From NCBI GenBank assembly GCA_004431415.1, contig QPMI01000500.1, positions 6,294 to 70,293 on the forward strand: DNA of 64,000 nt, written 5' to 3'. The notes beneath the pieces were generated by a model. It saw only the letters and a program-made list of their open reading frames with translations. It ran no database searches and had not been told where the DNA came from. Below are positions 10,125-20,565 of this stretch, one piece after another. The first letter of the stretch is position 1, and every line of letters starts with the position of its first letter. This DNA comes from Cyanophora paradoxa CCMP329 (taxonomy: Eukaryota > Plantae > Glaucophyta). The position numbers and the translations under genes were made by a program.

Positions 10125-12719
10125 ATGAACAAAATCGAGAAATTCGCCACCCCTGTTGAAAATGCCACATTCCTTAGTACTCTCATTGGTGATCGCAACA
10201 AGGTCACCCATGTATTTGATTCTGCCGAAGATGCCCTTGAAGCCATTGATAATAGCAAGGTTAAGACCTGGGCTGAATGCATTCAGCCTGAACAAGTCAC
10301 CAGAGTTTACCTGGACCTGGATAAATTCGCTGATTTGAAGGAGAACATTGCTGAAAACTATGCTGAGGCGGAAGCTGTTGTAAGAGAGATGAGAGATAAG
10401 CTATGGAAGCGATCTGGGACCACTTCGATTAACGATATTGCTGTTGCAGTTCGCCATAGAAGGGTTTATTTAATCAAGGAGGATGTCACCAAGTTCAAGA
10501 TCTCAGCCCACTTTATCATTAAATCGCTTGCATGCAAACATGAAGATATCCCCAAGCTTTTCAAAGCAATGGGTTTGGTGAAAAATGAGGATTATGACAG
10601 TGGAGTTTACAGCTCCACACAGAACCTTATCTGCCTCAATTGCTGCAAAGGTGAGACTCTGGATGCTCAAAATAAATCGAAAAAAGATGTTGATAAAAAC
10701 GTTTGCTTTAAGAAATTCGTTGACTGTGACAAAGTGTTAATGCGAAATGAGGACTTCTTTGTATCTTACTTCTCAGCTACTACTAAACTTGTGGATGAAT
10801 CGAATATTTCTGCATTCGCAAATTATAGCCCTGAGCCAAAACCAGTTAAAAAGGAGCCGAAAAGTGATAAAGTGAAGACTGAGAAGGTAGAAGCTGAAAA
10901 AGACACTGAACCCGAAAATCCTGTTACTTTCGAGCTGCTACAAAGTGTTATAATGGGTCTGAATGGTGAGAGAGCTAATGAGTATAAAACTTGGATTGAT
11001 GTAGGACTGGTCATCATCAATGTTGGGGAAGACAACAAGTTCACCCCTAAAATGCAAGCTGAACTCTTCCACCAATTCTCAGAACAGAGTGACAAGTATG
11101 ATTATGATGAATGCCAGGAGAAGTTTACACAACTTCGCAGAAGCAAGAAGAAGGCTGAGCCTGGCAAAGTGTTGACCTTCAAATCCTTGGTTTATTGGTT
11201 GAGCAAAGATAACAATGAGCTTTTCAAGGAACTCTTCCCCAAAAAGTATGCATTCCTACCAGAGGACACAGATGAAATCGATTACAAGACTGCAAGTATC
11301 CCTCCTTTGGCTGAACATTACAATGTGCATAAGAGGTATTTCAATGCTCGAATGCATCATGTTGAAAATGTTGGTTGTGTGATGCTCTGGGATGAACAAC
11401 TACTTTGCTGGATGCCCAAAGATATTGGGAAGCTCTCTACAAAGCATTTCCCCCACTTGATGCATAAGGTGATTGTGAATGAGGGGACAGATAATGAGAA
11501 AGAGAAATGGGAGCAATCATTTAGGAAATGGATTGTGGATCCAACAGCCACAAGATCAACTTACATGGATTTCCTCCCACCTCCTGCTACTCTCAGTGCC
11601 AAATGCAAGTCTGTATTTAATCTCTATCCAGGAATGAAGGTTGACCATCAGCAATTCGAAAATGCTCCAGAGGATGTAACTGCTGAGATGATTAAGCCTT
11701 TCCTAGATCACTTGTTCTTAATGTCTGGTGAGGATCAAAATACTTACGAATATCTATTGAAATGGTTTGCCCACATGCTGCAAAAGCCTGGGGAACTCAA
11801 TGGAGTATCCATAATCTTCATTGGTGAACAGGGTACTGGTAAGAATGTGTTGGTTGATACTTTTCAAAAGAAGATACTTGGAGATGCCCTGAGTTATGCA
11901 ACTGGTAAGCCAAAAGAGGATCTGTTTGGTCGATTTGCCCACAATAGAGAGGATAAGATCTTGATTGTTGTCAATGAAGCCTCAGGCAAGGACACATTCG
12001 AAAATAATGATATGCTTAAGGATCTCATAACTTCTGATAAGATTGTAATTGAACACAAAGGGATAGATTCATACACAAAAAGCAACTTTGCCAGGATTAT
12101 ATTCACCAGCAATAATAACATTCCAGTTAAAATTGAAGCTGGAGATAGGCGATTTGTGGTTGTTGAAGTTAGTAAGAAATTCGCAAAGGATAGGTCATAC
12201 TTCCTTCCACTTGTCAAATGGCTAAATGATCACTGCAATATTCGAAACATTGCCCACTATTTGAGAACCAAAGTTGACTGTGAGGATGTGAACTGGATTG
12301 CTGATAGACCCCTCACAAATAAATACTATTTAGCCCAACAGGTATGCGCCCCAATCATTCTTATGTTCACTAAGTGGCTTGTGGATCGAGGCTTAATTTC
12401 CGAGAATAAATGCAAGTCTGGTAGCCTTGTGGAAACCTGGAAGTGGTTCCAGGAGTTCATTACCAGCAACAAATATAAAAACGATTATAATAGTCGCAGA
12501 TATTATACTGAAATGAGAAGTGTTACATATATTCAAGTGAAAACTACAAATGGCAAACAATACTATCATTTCCTATTCCCACAAGTATTTGAGGAATTCA
12601 GAAAGATGAAACTTGTAGATGATGAGACTATTGAGGAGGAAGCTAATCCAAGGATGAAGCAAGACCTACCTGCTGCTGATCCTGATGCATCAGATTATGA
12701 TTCTGATGTTGAAGTTTAG
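10125..12719 (+). CDS. AEP primase + PriCT-2 + SF3 helicase (type A)
   Basis: RVYLDLD and KISAHFII (AEP), EYKTWIDVG...FSEQSDKYD (PriCT-2), GEQGTGKN, IVVNEA, IIFTSNN, DRRFVV. Confidence 0.92.
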   Translation: MNKIEKFATPVENATFLSTLIGDRNKVTHVFDSAEDALEAIDNSKVKTWAECIQPEQVTRVYLDLDKFADLKENIAENYAEAEAVVREMRDKLWKRSGTTSINDIAVAVRHRRVYLIKEDVTKFKISAHFIIKSLACKHEDIPKLFKAMGLVKNEDYDSGVYSSTQNLICLNCCKGETLDAQNKSKKDVDKNVCFKKFVDCDKVLMRNEDFFVSYFSATTKLVDESNISAFANYSPEPKPVKKEPKSDKVKTEKVEAEKDTEPENPVTFELLQSVIMGLNGERANEYKTWIDVGLVIINVGEDNKFTPKMQAELFHQFSEQSDKYDYDECQEKFTQLRRSKKKAEPGKVLTFKSLVYWLSKDNNELFKELFPKKYAFLPEDTDEIDYKTASIPPLAEHYNVHKRYFNARMHHVENVGCVMLWDEQLLCWMPKDIGKLSTKHFPHLMHKVIVNEGTDNEKEKWEQSFRKWIVDPTATRSTYMDFLPPPATLSAKCKSVFNLYPGMKVDHQQFENAPEDVTAEMIKPFLDHLFLMSGEDQNTYEYLLKWFAHMLQKPGELNGVSIIFIGEQGTGKNVLVDTFQKKILGDALSYATGKPKEDLFGRFAHNREDKILIVVNEASGKDTFENNDMLKDLITSDKIVIEHKGIDSYTKSNFARIIFTSNNNIPVKIEAGDRRFVVVEVSKKFAKDRSYFLPLVKWLNDHCNIRNIAHYLRTKVDCEDVNWIADRPLTNKYYLAQQVCAPIILMFTKWLVDRGLISENKCKSGSLVETWKWFQEFITSNKYKNDYNSRRYYTEMRSVTYIQVKTTNGKQYYHFLFPQVFEEFRKMKLVDDETIEEEANPRMKQDLPAADPDASDYDSDVEV

Positions 12720-12727
12720 GTTTATTC

Positions 12728-12911
12728 AAAAGTGGACTCATAGTTGACTCAAATTTATCATAAAAGACCCAAACAGTCTTTTATTTATGGTTTATTTATC
12801 GATTAGGTTGACTAAGTGGGGAGAGTTGACTCATTTTTTCACAGATTCTTAAAGAGGACTCTGCCCTAAAAAGAAATAAAAAGTGCCTCAACTCCACCCA
12901 CTAAGTCAACT
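12728..12911. repeat. Origin/iteron-like motif 1 (GTTGACT), directly downstream of the type-A helicase
   Basis: AAAGTGGACTCA.AGTTGACTCA, then GGTTGACTAAGTGGG..GAGTTGACTCA 78 bp later, then inverted TCAACT/AGTCAAC. Same motif and spacing in the TIR at 19473/19551. Confidence 0.75.
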
Positions 12912-13386
12912 TAACACTTAGATCACTTCTACATACTGGACATTTGAATTGATCTTTTGATGGCAGCTTTGCTGTGCAGTCACCACATACTTGACTATTA
13001 CACTTGAAACAACTCCATGTCCCAGGGGGTTCATCAGTTTCCAAACAAACAACACATGTTTTATCCTCTTCCCTCTCAAAAGATATGATGACATCATGTA
13101 AGAACGATTTCAGTATACTCTCGGAAATCGATTGAGGAACTAAGTAACCACTGTCTTTAAAGAGAATAAAGCAAAGTTGCTTTCTCTCAGAAGAATATCC
13201 ATTCACCACATTCAAGTTATGAAACATTTTGACATGCTTTTCAGTATAAGAAATCACATAAATTTTGTTTTCATTCAATGAGCGATCTAAGAGATCTCTG
13301 GTTGCATCAGTAAACATACTTGTGGCATCCTCAACAGGTATTGAGGTCAAAGATTTCAGAGTTTCTATGATATCTTGGGAGTTCAT
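12901..13386 (-). CDS. RING-finger protein (putative E3 ubiquitin ligase)
   Basis: CVVC...CFKC...CGDC...CPVCR. Confidence 0.8.
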   Translation of the reverse strand: MNSQDIIETLKSLTSIPVEDATSMFTDATRDLLDRSLNENKIYVISYTEKHVKMFHNLNVVNGYSSERKQLCFILFKDSGYLVPQSISESILKSFLHDVIISFEREEDKTCVVCLETDEPPGTWSCFKCNSQVCGDCTAKLPSKDQFKCPVCRSDLSVKLT

Positions 13387-13513
13387 CGATCCTTTCTACT
13401 AGTAGAAAAGAAAATAATTTTTCCTATATATCCTTTTTTCAAATTCGCTTTAAGCCATTTCTAAAAAATGATTTAAGAGATAGAAAAATATATTTATATG
13501 TTAGAAGTAAGAC

Positions 13514-13864
13514 ATGGCTGGAACAGATCATGATTCTGGATCGATCTATATGATTGAGAGTCAGGAAATGAACAAAATCTACATAGGGAGAACCTCACAA
13601 AAAGTACAAATCCGATGGAAACAACACAAATCAGGTCAAATGCCATCCACAGCAGACCTATGCAAGGCTGCTGATGTGAAGTTTTCAGTCTTGTATTCAA
13701 GTAAGAAGGGTGGGCATGAAGACCTTATGAACAGAGAAGCATACTACATGTATCTGTTTGAACCTTGGATAGTCAATTTACAAAAACCGAAATCGAGATT
13801 TAGGATAAATAGGTTTTTGCGATTCCATTCAGAGGAAGCCAATGGATCCATTAAAACATTTTAA
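13514..13864 (+). CDS. GIY-YIG endonuclease
   Basis: SIYMIES...IYIGRT...IRWKQH...RE. Confidence 0.85.
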   Translation: MAGTDHDSGSIYMIESQEMNKIYIGRTSQKVQIRWKQHKSGQMPSTADLCKAADVKFSVLYSSKKGGHEDLMNREAYYMYLFEPWIVNLQKPKSRFRINRFLRFHSEEANGSIKTF

Positions 13865-13925
13865 AAATGCGTTTAGAACATCCTAAAATAAAATATCCCC
13901 TTAGAATAGGAACAAGTTAGGGATA

Positions 13926-16900
13926 ATGCCCCGAATTACCAACAAACTCATAAGGGAGAAGAAATGGGAACTCATGGGATTGCTGGGAACACTTTATGCA
14001 GCCCATGAAATAACAGAGGCTGAATATGACCGGGAAATAGATTTAATTGCAAAGGGTAGACCCACTTTAGCCAGATTAACCAGAAAAGCAAATAACCTAT
14101 ATGATAAAATTGAAACCTTGGATGAACTGGATAGGCTTAGGCAAATAGAACCAGAGGCAGAAGATGGAACAGCCATGAATGAATTATATCGCTGGCTCAC
14201 TTACAGAGCCAGAAGGGAAGTTGTTGTAGATGTGATTGAATTCCTGGACAGAATTGCTACATCCCTTCCAGATCGATTAAAGCAGGGTTTAGATCAATTC
14301 AGGGCAATCAAGGTTCGCTTGTCTTTTATCTGCAAGTTCGTAAAAGTAAGCAATCCGCAGGTTTGGATATCGAAATACATTTACAGCGATTATTTTGTAC
14401 TAACCAGATCGAGAAATATTCGAACTGAGCTGAATAAAGCAGCCCAAATATGTCAGGAGCAGATGAATGTGGTTGATAGCTATCGCTTAGAAAGAATTGA
14501 AATACTCAGAGTGGCTATTATGAGTTATGCTCCAACAGGTGGATGCTTTCTACAAACCCCAGAGTGGATTGCTAGGAAGAGAGCCACAGTAAATATTCGA
14601 AATATTGATGATTCCTGCTTCGAAAATGCAATTTTGGCATATATTCACAGAAAAGCGATAAACTCCCATAAGAGGAATGAGCTTTCACAGTATCGCAAAT
14701 GGAAATACTCAGCAATCGCTTATAATCCGCTGGCTCTCAATTTCGACAATATCCCATTCCCTGTTGCCTGTGATGCTGAAATAATTGATAAATTCGAATC
14801 TCAAAATGCAGGCATCAGCATAAACATATTTGGAATGGATCGAGATGTTATATATCCCCTACATCAATCCAGCAACCCAGGCAGAAAGCAAAAGATTAAT
14901 CTCATGCTCATTCATGATGATGAAGGGAATGGTCATTATATTACAATCATGTCCCTTTCAAGATTATTGAAAGTAAACCATGAAACATACAATGATCAGA
15001 AGTTACACTACTGTGACACATGCTTATCTCGATTCAGGTCTGAGGCTAAACTCACTGCTCATGTGGACTCAAATAGATGCATTGATTGGAGACTCTCAAA
15101 GGGAATCACACCAAAACCTGAGACCACCATAGAGTTTGGACTGAAAAACCTCAGGAAAACTGTTTGGCTTCCTGTTGTGGTTTACTGCAAGATTGAACAT
15201 AGAAGCATCCCCATTGATGCATCAAAATCTAAGAGGGAAGTCTCAGCAGTCAACCTGAGAGTAGTCACTGGGGCAGATGTTCAGGAGTTTCGATTTGAGG
15301 GTCAGGATCCAATGGGAGGTCTCTTTGAATGCTTGGAGTCCAAAGCAAGAGAACTAATCGATTTCCTGTTTACCAACATTCCTATGAATGAACTCACAGA
15401 TGAGCAGAAAGCAATTTACAGAGCTACCAAACACTGTTACCTTTGCAGTGAGAGGTTCACTAAGGAGAACTTCAAATGCAGGGATCATGATCACCACACA
15501 GGTCATTATATTGCTCCTGCATGCAGAAACTGCAATCTCCATAGGAGAATCTCAAAGCAAACCAAAGTTGCAGTAGTTGTTGACCAAATGGATGACTGTG
15601 GGACATTCATTTTCAGAAAAATAGCAGGCATGGGTGATAAAAATCGAATCGAAATCCTTTCGAAAAACTTTGATCAATACCTTTCATTGCAATGGGGTCT
15701 TTACAAGTTCATTGATGCAAGCAATTTCATGGATTTTGGAGCTGCTGATGTAGATGAGTTAATGAACAAATTCCAAGCCTTCAGAAGGCTTTCACACTCA
15801 GTATATGGACTTGACCCAGTTCATTATGTATCTGCACCTGGGTTATCTTGGGATGCTATGCTTAGGACCACCGAGGCAAAAATAGAGCTTATAAGTGATG
15901 TAGAGCAATACGAATTTGTTGAGAGGGGAATCAGGGGTGGCTTTGCAACAATGCCTTGTAGGTATGCTGAGGCTGATGGTGAGAACTCCCACATTATGCT
16001 GTTTGATGCTAACAACTTGTATGGCTACTGTTTGAGTCAGCCAATTCCAGTTGGTGATTTTAGATGGGAGACCGAATTCAACCCACAAGATAACAGATCC
16101 AGTTTCCTGGAAGTTGATCTGGAATACCCAATAAGGCTATATCTAGACCACAGTGATTTCCCCCTAATTATTAACAAGAAAATAGTAGAATATGCGGAAT
16201 TATCACAATATCAAAAGAGCCTGTTGGATCTTTCAGGAGAAGAGCTTGATAAGACCCCTAAGCTAACTGCAACCTTTGGTTCTGTGGCAAACTATGTGAT
16301 TTCTGAGCCTCTTCTGCAATATCTGTTGGACAAAGGTGTGAAATTAAAGAAAATTCACAGGGTCCTCTCATTTACTGTGGCTCCTGTAATGAAACCCTAC
16401 ATTGAGCTGAACACTGATATGAGAAGGAAAGCAGTGAATAAATTCGAGGCTGATTTCTATAAACTCATGAATAACTCAATCTATGGGAAATGCATTGAAT
16501 CATGTAGAGGTAGATCTGTGGTTAAGATTGCAAACAGTGAGAAACTGTTTATGAAATATGCAGCTTCCCCATTGGTGAAATCAACAAGTCCCATAAACGA
16601 AAAAGCAGTTGCCTTTGAGTTTTACACAAAGCATGTGAAACTAGATAAGCCTGTTGCAATTGGGGCTTATGTTTTGGATGCAGCCAAACTGCATAATTAC
16701 CAGTTCTTCTATGATACTGTAAGGTCCCAATGGACAAAAGCAAAGTTACTATTCCATGATACTGACTCCTTCTGTCTATATATTGAATCTAAGACCTTAC
16801 AAAAAGATATAGAGAATATATCTTATGCCTTGGACCTAGGGGGATCTAACAGAATGACCCCAGGTAAATACAAAAATGAAATGCCTGGCTCTGCAATATT

Positions 16901-17171
16901 GGAGTATGTAGGTCTGAGAGCAAAAGTTTACAGTTTCAGAACTGCTGAGATTGAGAGGAGTAAGCTCTCTGGGACTTCCACTGAGGAACTCCAATTTAAT
17001 GATTTTAAGCAGTGTTTATTTGCAGGTATCAGCAAGACTGTGACTGCAAAGCAGAAGAGAAGGGCAGATCACACAATAATAGATACCGTGAGTAGAAGGG
17101 TTGCCCTAAACTGCTTTGATGCAAAGAGATACATCTTACCAGATGGTATTAATTCTGTTCCTTTTAATTAA
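13926..17171 (+). CDS. polB: Protein-primed family B DNA polymerase (terminal protein/vOTU-like N-terminus, EndoVII-like insert)
   Basis: DANNLYG, KLMNNSIYGK, HDTDS, GLRAKVYS. CYLC...RDHDHHTG...ACRNCN insert. DDSCF/GHY motifs. Confidence 0.96.
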   Translation: MPRITNKLIREKKWELMGLLGTLYAAHEITEAEYDREIDLIAKGRPTLARLTRKANNLYDKIETLDELDRLRQIEPEAEDGTAMNELYRWLTYRARREVVVDVIEFLDRIATSLPDRLKQGLDQFRAIKVRLSFICKFVKVSNPQVWISKYIYSDYFVLTRSRNIRTELNKAAQICQEQMNVVDSYRLERIEILRVAIMSYAPTGGCFLQTPEWIARKRATVNIRNIDDSCFENAILAYIHRKAINSHKRNELSQYRKWKYSAIAYNPLALNFDNIPFPVACDAEIIDKFESQNAGISINIFGMDRDVIYPLHQSSNPGRKQKINLMLIHDDEGNGHYITIMSLSRLLKVNHETYNDQKLHYCDTCLSRFRSEAKLTAHVDSNRCIDWRLSKGITPKPETTIEFGLKNLRKTVWLPVVVYCKIEHRSIPIDASKSKREVSAVNLRVVTGADVQEFRFEGQDPMGGLFECLESKARELIDFLFTNIPMNELTDEQKAIYRATKHCYLCSERFTKENFKCRDHDHHTGHYIAPACRNCNLHRRISKQTKVAVVVDQMDDCGTFIFRKIAGMGDKNRIEILSKNFDQYLSLQWGLYKFIDASNFMDFGAADVDELMNKFQAFRRLSHSVYGLDPVHYVSAPGLSWDAMLRTTEAKIELISDVEQYEFVERGIRGGFATMPCRYAEADGENSHIMLFDANNLYGYCLSQPIPVGDFRWETEFNPQDNRSSFLEVDLEYPIRLYLDHSDFPLIINKKIVEYAELSQYQKSLLDLSGEELDKTPKLTATFGSVANYVISEPLLQYLLDKGVKLKKIHRVLSFTVAPVMKPYIELNTDMRRKAVNKFEADFYKLMNNSIYGKCIESCRGRSVVKIANSEKLFMKYAASPLVKSTSPINEKAVAFEFYTKHVKLDKPVAIGAYVLDAAKLHNYQFFYDTVRSQWTKAKLLFHDTDSFCLYIESKTLQKDIENISYALDLGGSNRMTPGKYKNEMPGSAILEYVGLRAKVYSFRTAEIERSKLSGTSTEELQFNDFKQCLFAGISKTVTAKQKRRADHTIIDTVSRRVALNCFDAKRYILPDGINSVPFN

Positions 17172-17174
17172 GAG

Positions 17175-18560
17175 ATGCCAGCAACTGGAAGAATAGTTAG
17201 GAGAACCACTGAGCAACTACAAGGTAACCTACTGCCTATCACAGTTCCAAAGGAGGAAAAAGGGGAATCTCGAATTGTCAAAAAATCAGAGATGAAAGAG
17301 CTTGTCCCTGTGGAGATCCCAGTTGCTATTGCAGTGAAAGAAACTAGCAAGATTGCCAAGAGATTCTATGATGTGAGGACTGGTTACAAAGGGCTTCAAG
17401 CTATGAGGGCTGAGTTACCAGATGAATCCTATAAGCAGTTGCAAGAGTTCTATAAAAAACAAGAGGTAGTTCAGATCAATGCACCTGCTATATCTAGGAA
17501 GAGAGATCCCATGGTTCCAATAAGGCAACCCCTTGATACCTATGTGATTGATTTGCTCTTTTTCCCAGCTTATAAGAAACAAAACAATGGCTATGATACC
17601 TTTATGACTGCTATGGAATCAACACTGAGAACTGGATATATCATACCTATAAGAGATAAATCAGCTCTCACTACATTAGCTGCATTTAAGCAGCTTGAAA
17701 TGAGAGTGGCAAGACCCATAGTAAAAGTTCAATCAGATGCTGGGAGTGAGTTCCAAAATCGAATATTCCAGGAGTATTTATCTAGTAAATTCATAGAACA
17801 CCAAGTGAGTGGAACTGCAGACCATAGAAGCCAAGGTCGAATTGAAGCCTTTAACAAGCAGATTAAGAGACTGATCACAAACTACTGCATAGCTAATAAC
17901 ACAGCTAGATTCTTTGATGTGTTAGGTGATATTGAGTATAATTACAATAATACAGTTCACTCAGCTACTAAGATGAAGCCAGGCGAAACTACAGAGGAGC
18001 ATTATAGGTATATAGTGGGATTAGAAGATGAAAGATTCAAGAAATCAATAGCTTACCTTGATACCATGCAGCCAGGCATGTTTGTTAGAGTGAAAGTTGA
18101 GAAAAATGCCTTTGCTAAACAGGGTAACAATTGGTCTAGGATGGTTTACACTGTTGATAGTAGGGAAGGCTTTAAGTTTAAGCTAAGGAGTCCCACTGGT
18201 GAGATCATAGAAAACAGGTTTGCTTTCCATGAGCTGTTACCTGTGAATTCAGTTGAGTATCTGGAAACACCTACAGTGGATGCATTAGAGCAAGCCAAAG
18301 AGGAAGCCAAGGTTGATGCTGCTATAAGGAGAGAAGGCATAGAAGCTGCTAATGAAGTCCCAGATAAGCCTTTGATAGAGGCTAGAAAGGAGAAGACTGG
18401 CAAGGTTAATAGGGAACTCAAAAAGCTCACTATAGCAGGGACACAGAAACTTTCTGAGGTTAATAGCCAGAGATGGTATAATGACTTTCAGACTACTAAG
18501 GAGTCATATACAGCCCCTAAACCTCAGAGAACACTAAGAGAAAGGACCAAAACTAGCTAG
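17175..18560 (+). CDS. int: Retroviral-type (rve) DDE integrase
   Basis: YVIDLLF, VQSDAGSEF, QGRIEAFNK, YNNTVHSATKMKP. Confidence 0.95.
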   Translation: MPATGRIVRRTTEQLQGNLLPITVPKEEKGESRIVKKSEMKELVPVEIPVAIAVKETSKIAKRFYDVRTGYKGLQAMRAELPDESYKQLQEFYKKQEVVQINAPAISRKRDPMVPIRQPLDTYVIDLLFFPAYKKQNNGYDTFMTAMESTLRTGYIIPIRDKSALTTLAAFKQLEMRVARPIVKVQSDAGSEFQNRIFQEYLSSKFIEHQVSGTADHRSQGRIEAFNKQIKRLITNYCIANNTARFFDVLGDIEYNYNNTVHSATKMKPGETTEEHYRYIVGLEDERFKKSIAYLDTMQPGMFVRVKVEKNAFAKQGNNWSRMVYTVDSREGFKFKLRSPTGEIIENRFAFHELLPVNSVEYLETPTVDALEQAKEEAKVDAAIRREGIEAANEVPDKPLIEARKEKTGKVNRELKKLTIAGTQKLSEVNSQRWYNDFQTTKESYTAPKPQRTLRERTKTS

Positions 18561-18785
18561 TTTGCTAGGCAAAAACTCGTTTTTTCCAAATATATGTATG
18601 ACTGATATACATATATGCACATGATATACACATAGTCTTGTAGATCTTATCAAGCGCTTCACAGCGATATGCAGAACGTTGCGTTTTGATGATCTGGTGA
18701 TGAGATATAACAGTTTGAAGATGCAAAAGTCACTTGCCATAGTAGACTTGGTGAAACACTAGCCCAGGAGTCGACTTGGAAGTAA

Positions 18786-18904
18786 GTCGCTTTTGGCTCA
18801 GCGGTTAAGGCGCTTGGATTTCCGAGTCGCAATTCAAATCCGCTCGGGAACCTTTACTTCGTTCGCCGTGAAACTTGAAAAGTAAAAAAAAAACGCGGTT
18901 TTTT
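18786..18904 (+). ncRNA. tRNA-like / Pol III-type small RNA or SINE-like remnant
   Basis: Box-A-like TGGCTCAGCGGTTAAGGCG, box-B-like ATTCAAATCC inside a hairpin, no anticodon arm, then A10 and T6. Confidence 0.4.
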
Positions 18905-19456
18905 CTAGATTAATGCTGTACCCGTCTGGAAAATCATTATTCACGTTTGCTACGATATCTCAGCACCAACTTATCAAATCGATGCGCTTTAAACGTCATA
19001 AAATCGAGCATTTCAAGGCGGTCTGAGCGCTTATCAGCCATATCGACATTTCGATAACCCTGACTCGAAATCGCGGTGAAAGCGATTTTGAATTTTATTT
19101 TAAATTCGATTAAAATGCATTAAACGTGAGTTTTTAATATAGATCACCAGGAAGTTATCAAATCGATGCACTGACGATCGAATATAATCACATATATAAT
19201 ACATAACAATAACTTGCAATCACATATACGAATCTCGATGTGTATACATCGCTATTACGATTTAAGCGAGTTTTGAAATTCAAAATAATTCGATTAAATT
19301 CGATTATAACTCAAAAATCGCGAGTTTTAACCATATACTTATCAATTCGATCAACGTATGATATCTTATATTCCGCTATATTGTATTGCTTCGATAAACG
19401 TGATCACATATATGAAAACATCAATCTAACATTGCATTTAGTAAGCATCTCCCCTA

Positions 19457-20565
19457 GATTCCCCCTATAATTAAAGTGGACTCAAGGTTGACTCATATTA
19501 ATCGTAAAAGTAGTAATAGTATATGGATTTTGTTACGAATTCAATGCAAGGGTTGACTAAGTGGGTTGAGTTGACTCAAATTTCACAGGAAATAACAATG
19601 AATCAGAGTATAAAATGCATTTTTTGAATCAACTACACCAACTAACACTGAGAAAGTAGTTTATATCATATAGTATTACCATATATGGTTTGTCAGGCAC
19701 TATAATATAGTTGTCAGGCCCTAATATAGTATGTCAGGCATTGTCAGGCACCTTTTTAGAAAACTTTTATAAAATTGAAATTTCATTGTTAATCCAAACA
19801 ATGACTTAGCCAAAATAAAATACTTTATGAAAATCGATAGATTTAATGCCTGACAAATAAATGCTGCCTGAAAGATTTAACACCAACTAACACTGAGATT
19901 TTCACAATATATGAGGTCCTTACTGAATATGGTTTGTGTGACAGGTGTGACAGGTTTATCCCGTGGATTTTAAAAATCAATTTCTCACTAGGACTTTCCT
20001 TGGGATTGACCTGTCACACCTGTCACACCTGTCACACCCAAAATCCTAAGGGTCCCCCCTTAGACTCAACAAAACAATGATAAAATCATATAAGTTTCAT
20101 GTATAATTACGATTGAATTCAATAAGAGATCGATTTGTTAATATAAACAAATGAATCATTTATGGATCTTAATCGAGTTAAGCGATATATTTCCGATTAA
20201 ATGAATTAAATTTAATTAAATTTAATCGAGAAAGTACATGAATATAATATCGATTAAATCAATTAACAAACAGACCAATCACACATAGTAAAATGCGGAG
20301 TTTTAACCAGAGGCAAGATCTAATTGAGATTCAGTTATATTATTCGGAAATATATACAGATTATCGATTAACTCAGTAAGACTAATCGGAAAATAAGAGA
20401 AATTTACGATAAAATATCGAAAAGAATACAAAATAATCGAAATAAATGAATATTCGATAAGATATACACAGATTATCGATTGATTGAAATAGAATATACG
20501 AGATATATCAACAAAATCAATTAAGATTAAGCCGAGGGTTAAAACTCCGCATTTTACTATGTGTG
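19457..20565. repeat. Right TIR of element A
   Basis: Reverse complement of 26503-27386 and direct homolog of 53394-54444. Confidence 0.92.

Larger units (their letters stand above)
1..20565. mobile_element. Endogenous Polinton-like virus, element A (left end outside window)
   Basis: Penton x2, DJR MCP, A32-like ATPase, primase-helicase, pPolB, rve integrase. Right TIR ends ...TTTTACTATGTGTG at 20565, followed by an abrupt switch to very GC-rich DNA. Colinear with element B. Confidence 0.93.

Noticed and set aside
18786-18852. Functional tRNA gene
   Set aside because: No anticodon arm or acceptor stem; T-stem mismatched.
19473-20039. TIR repeats as a CRISPR array
   Set aside because: Repeats are 7-9-bp inverted iterons without regular unique spacers, and there are no cas genes.
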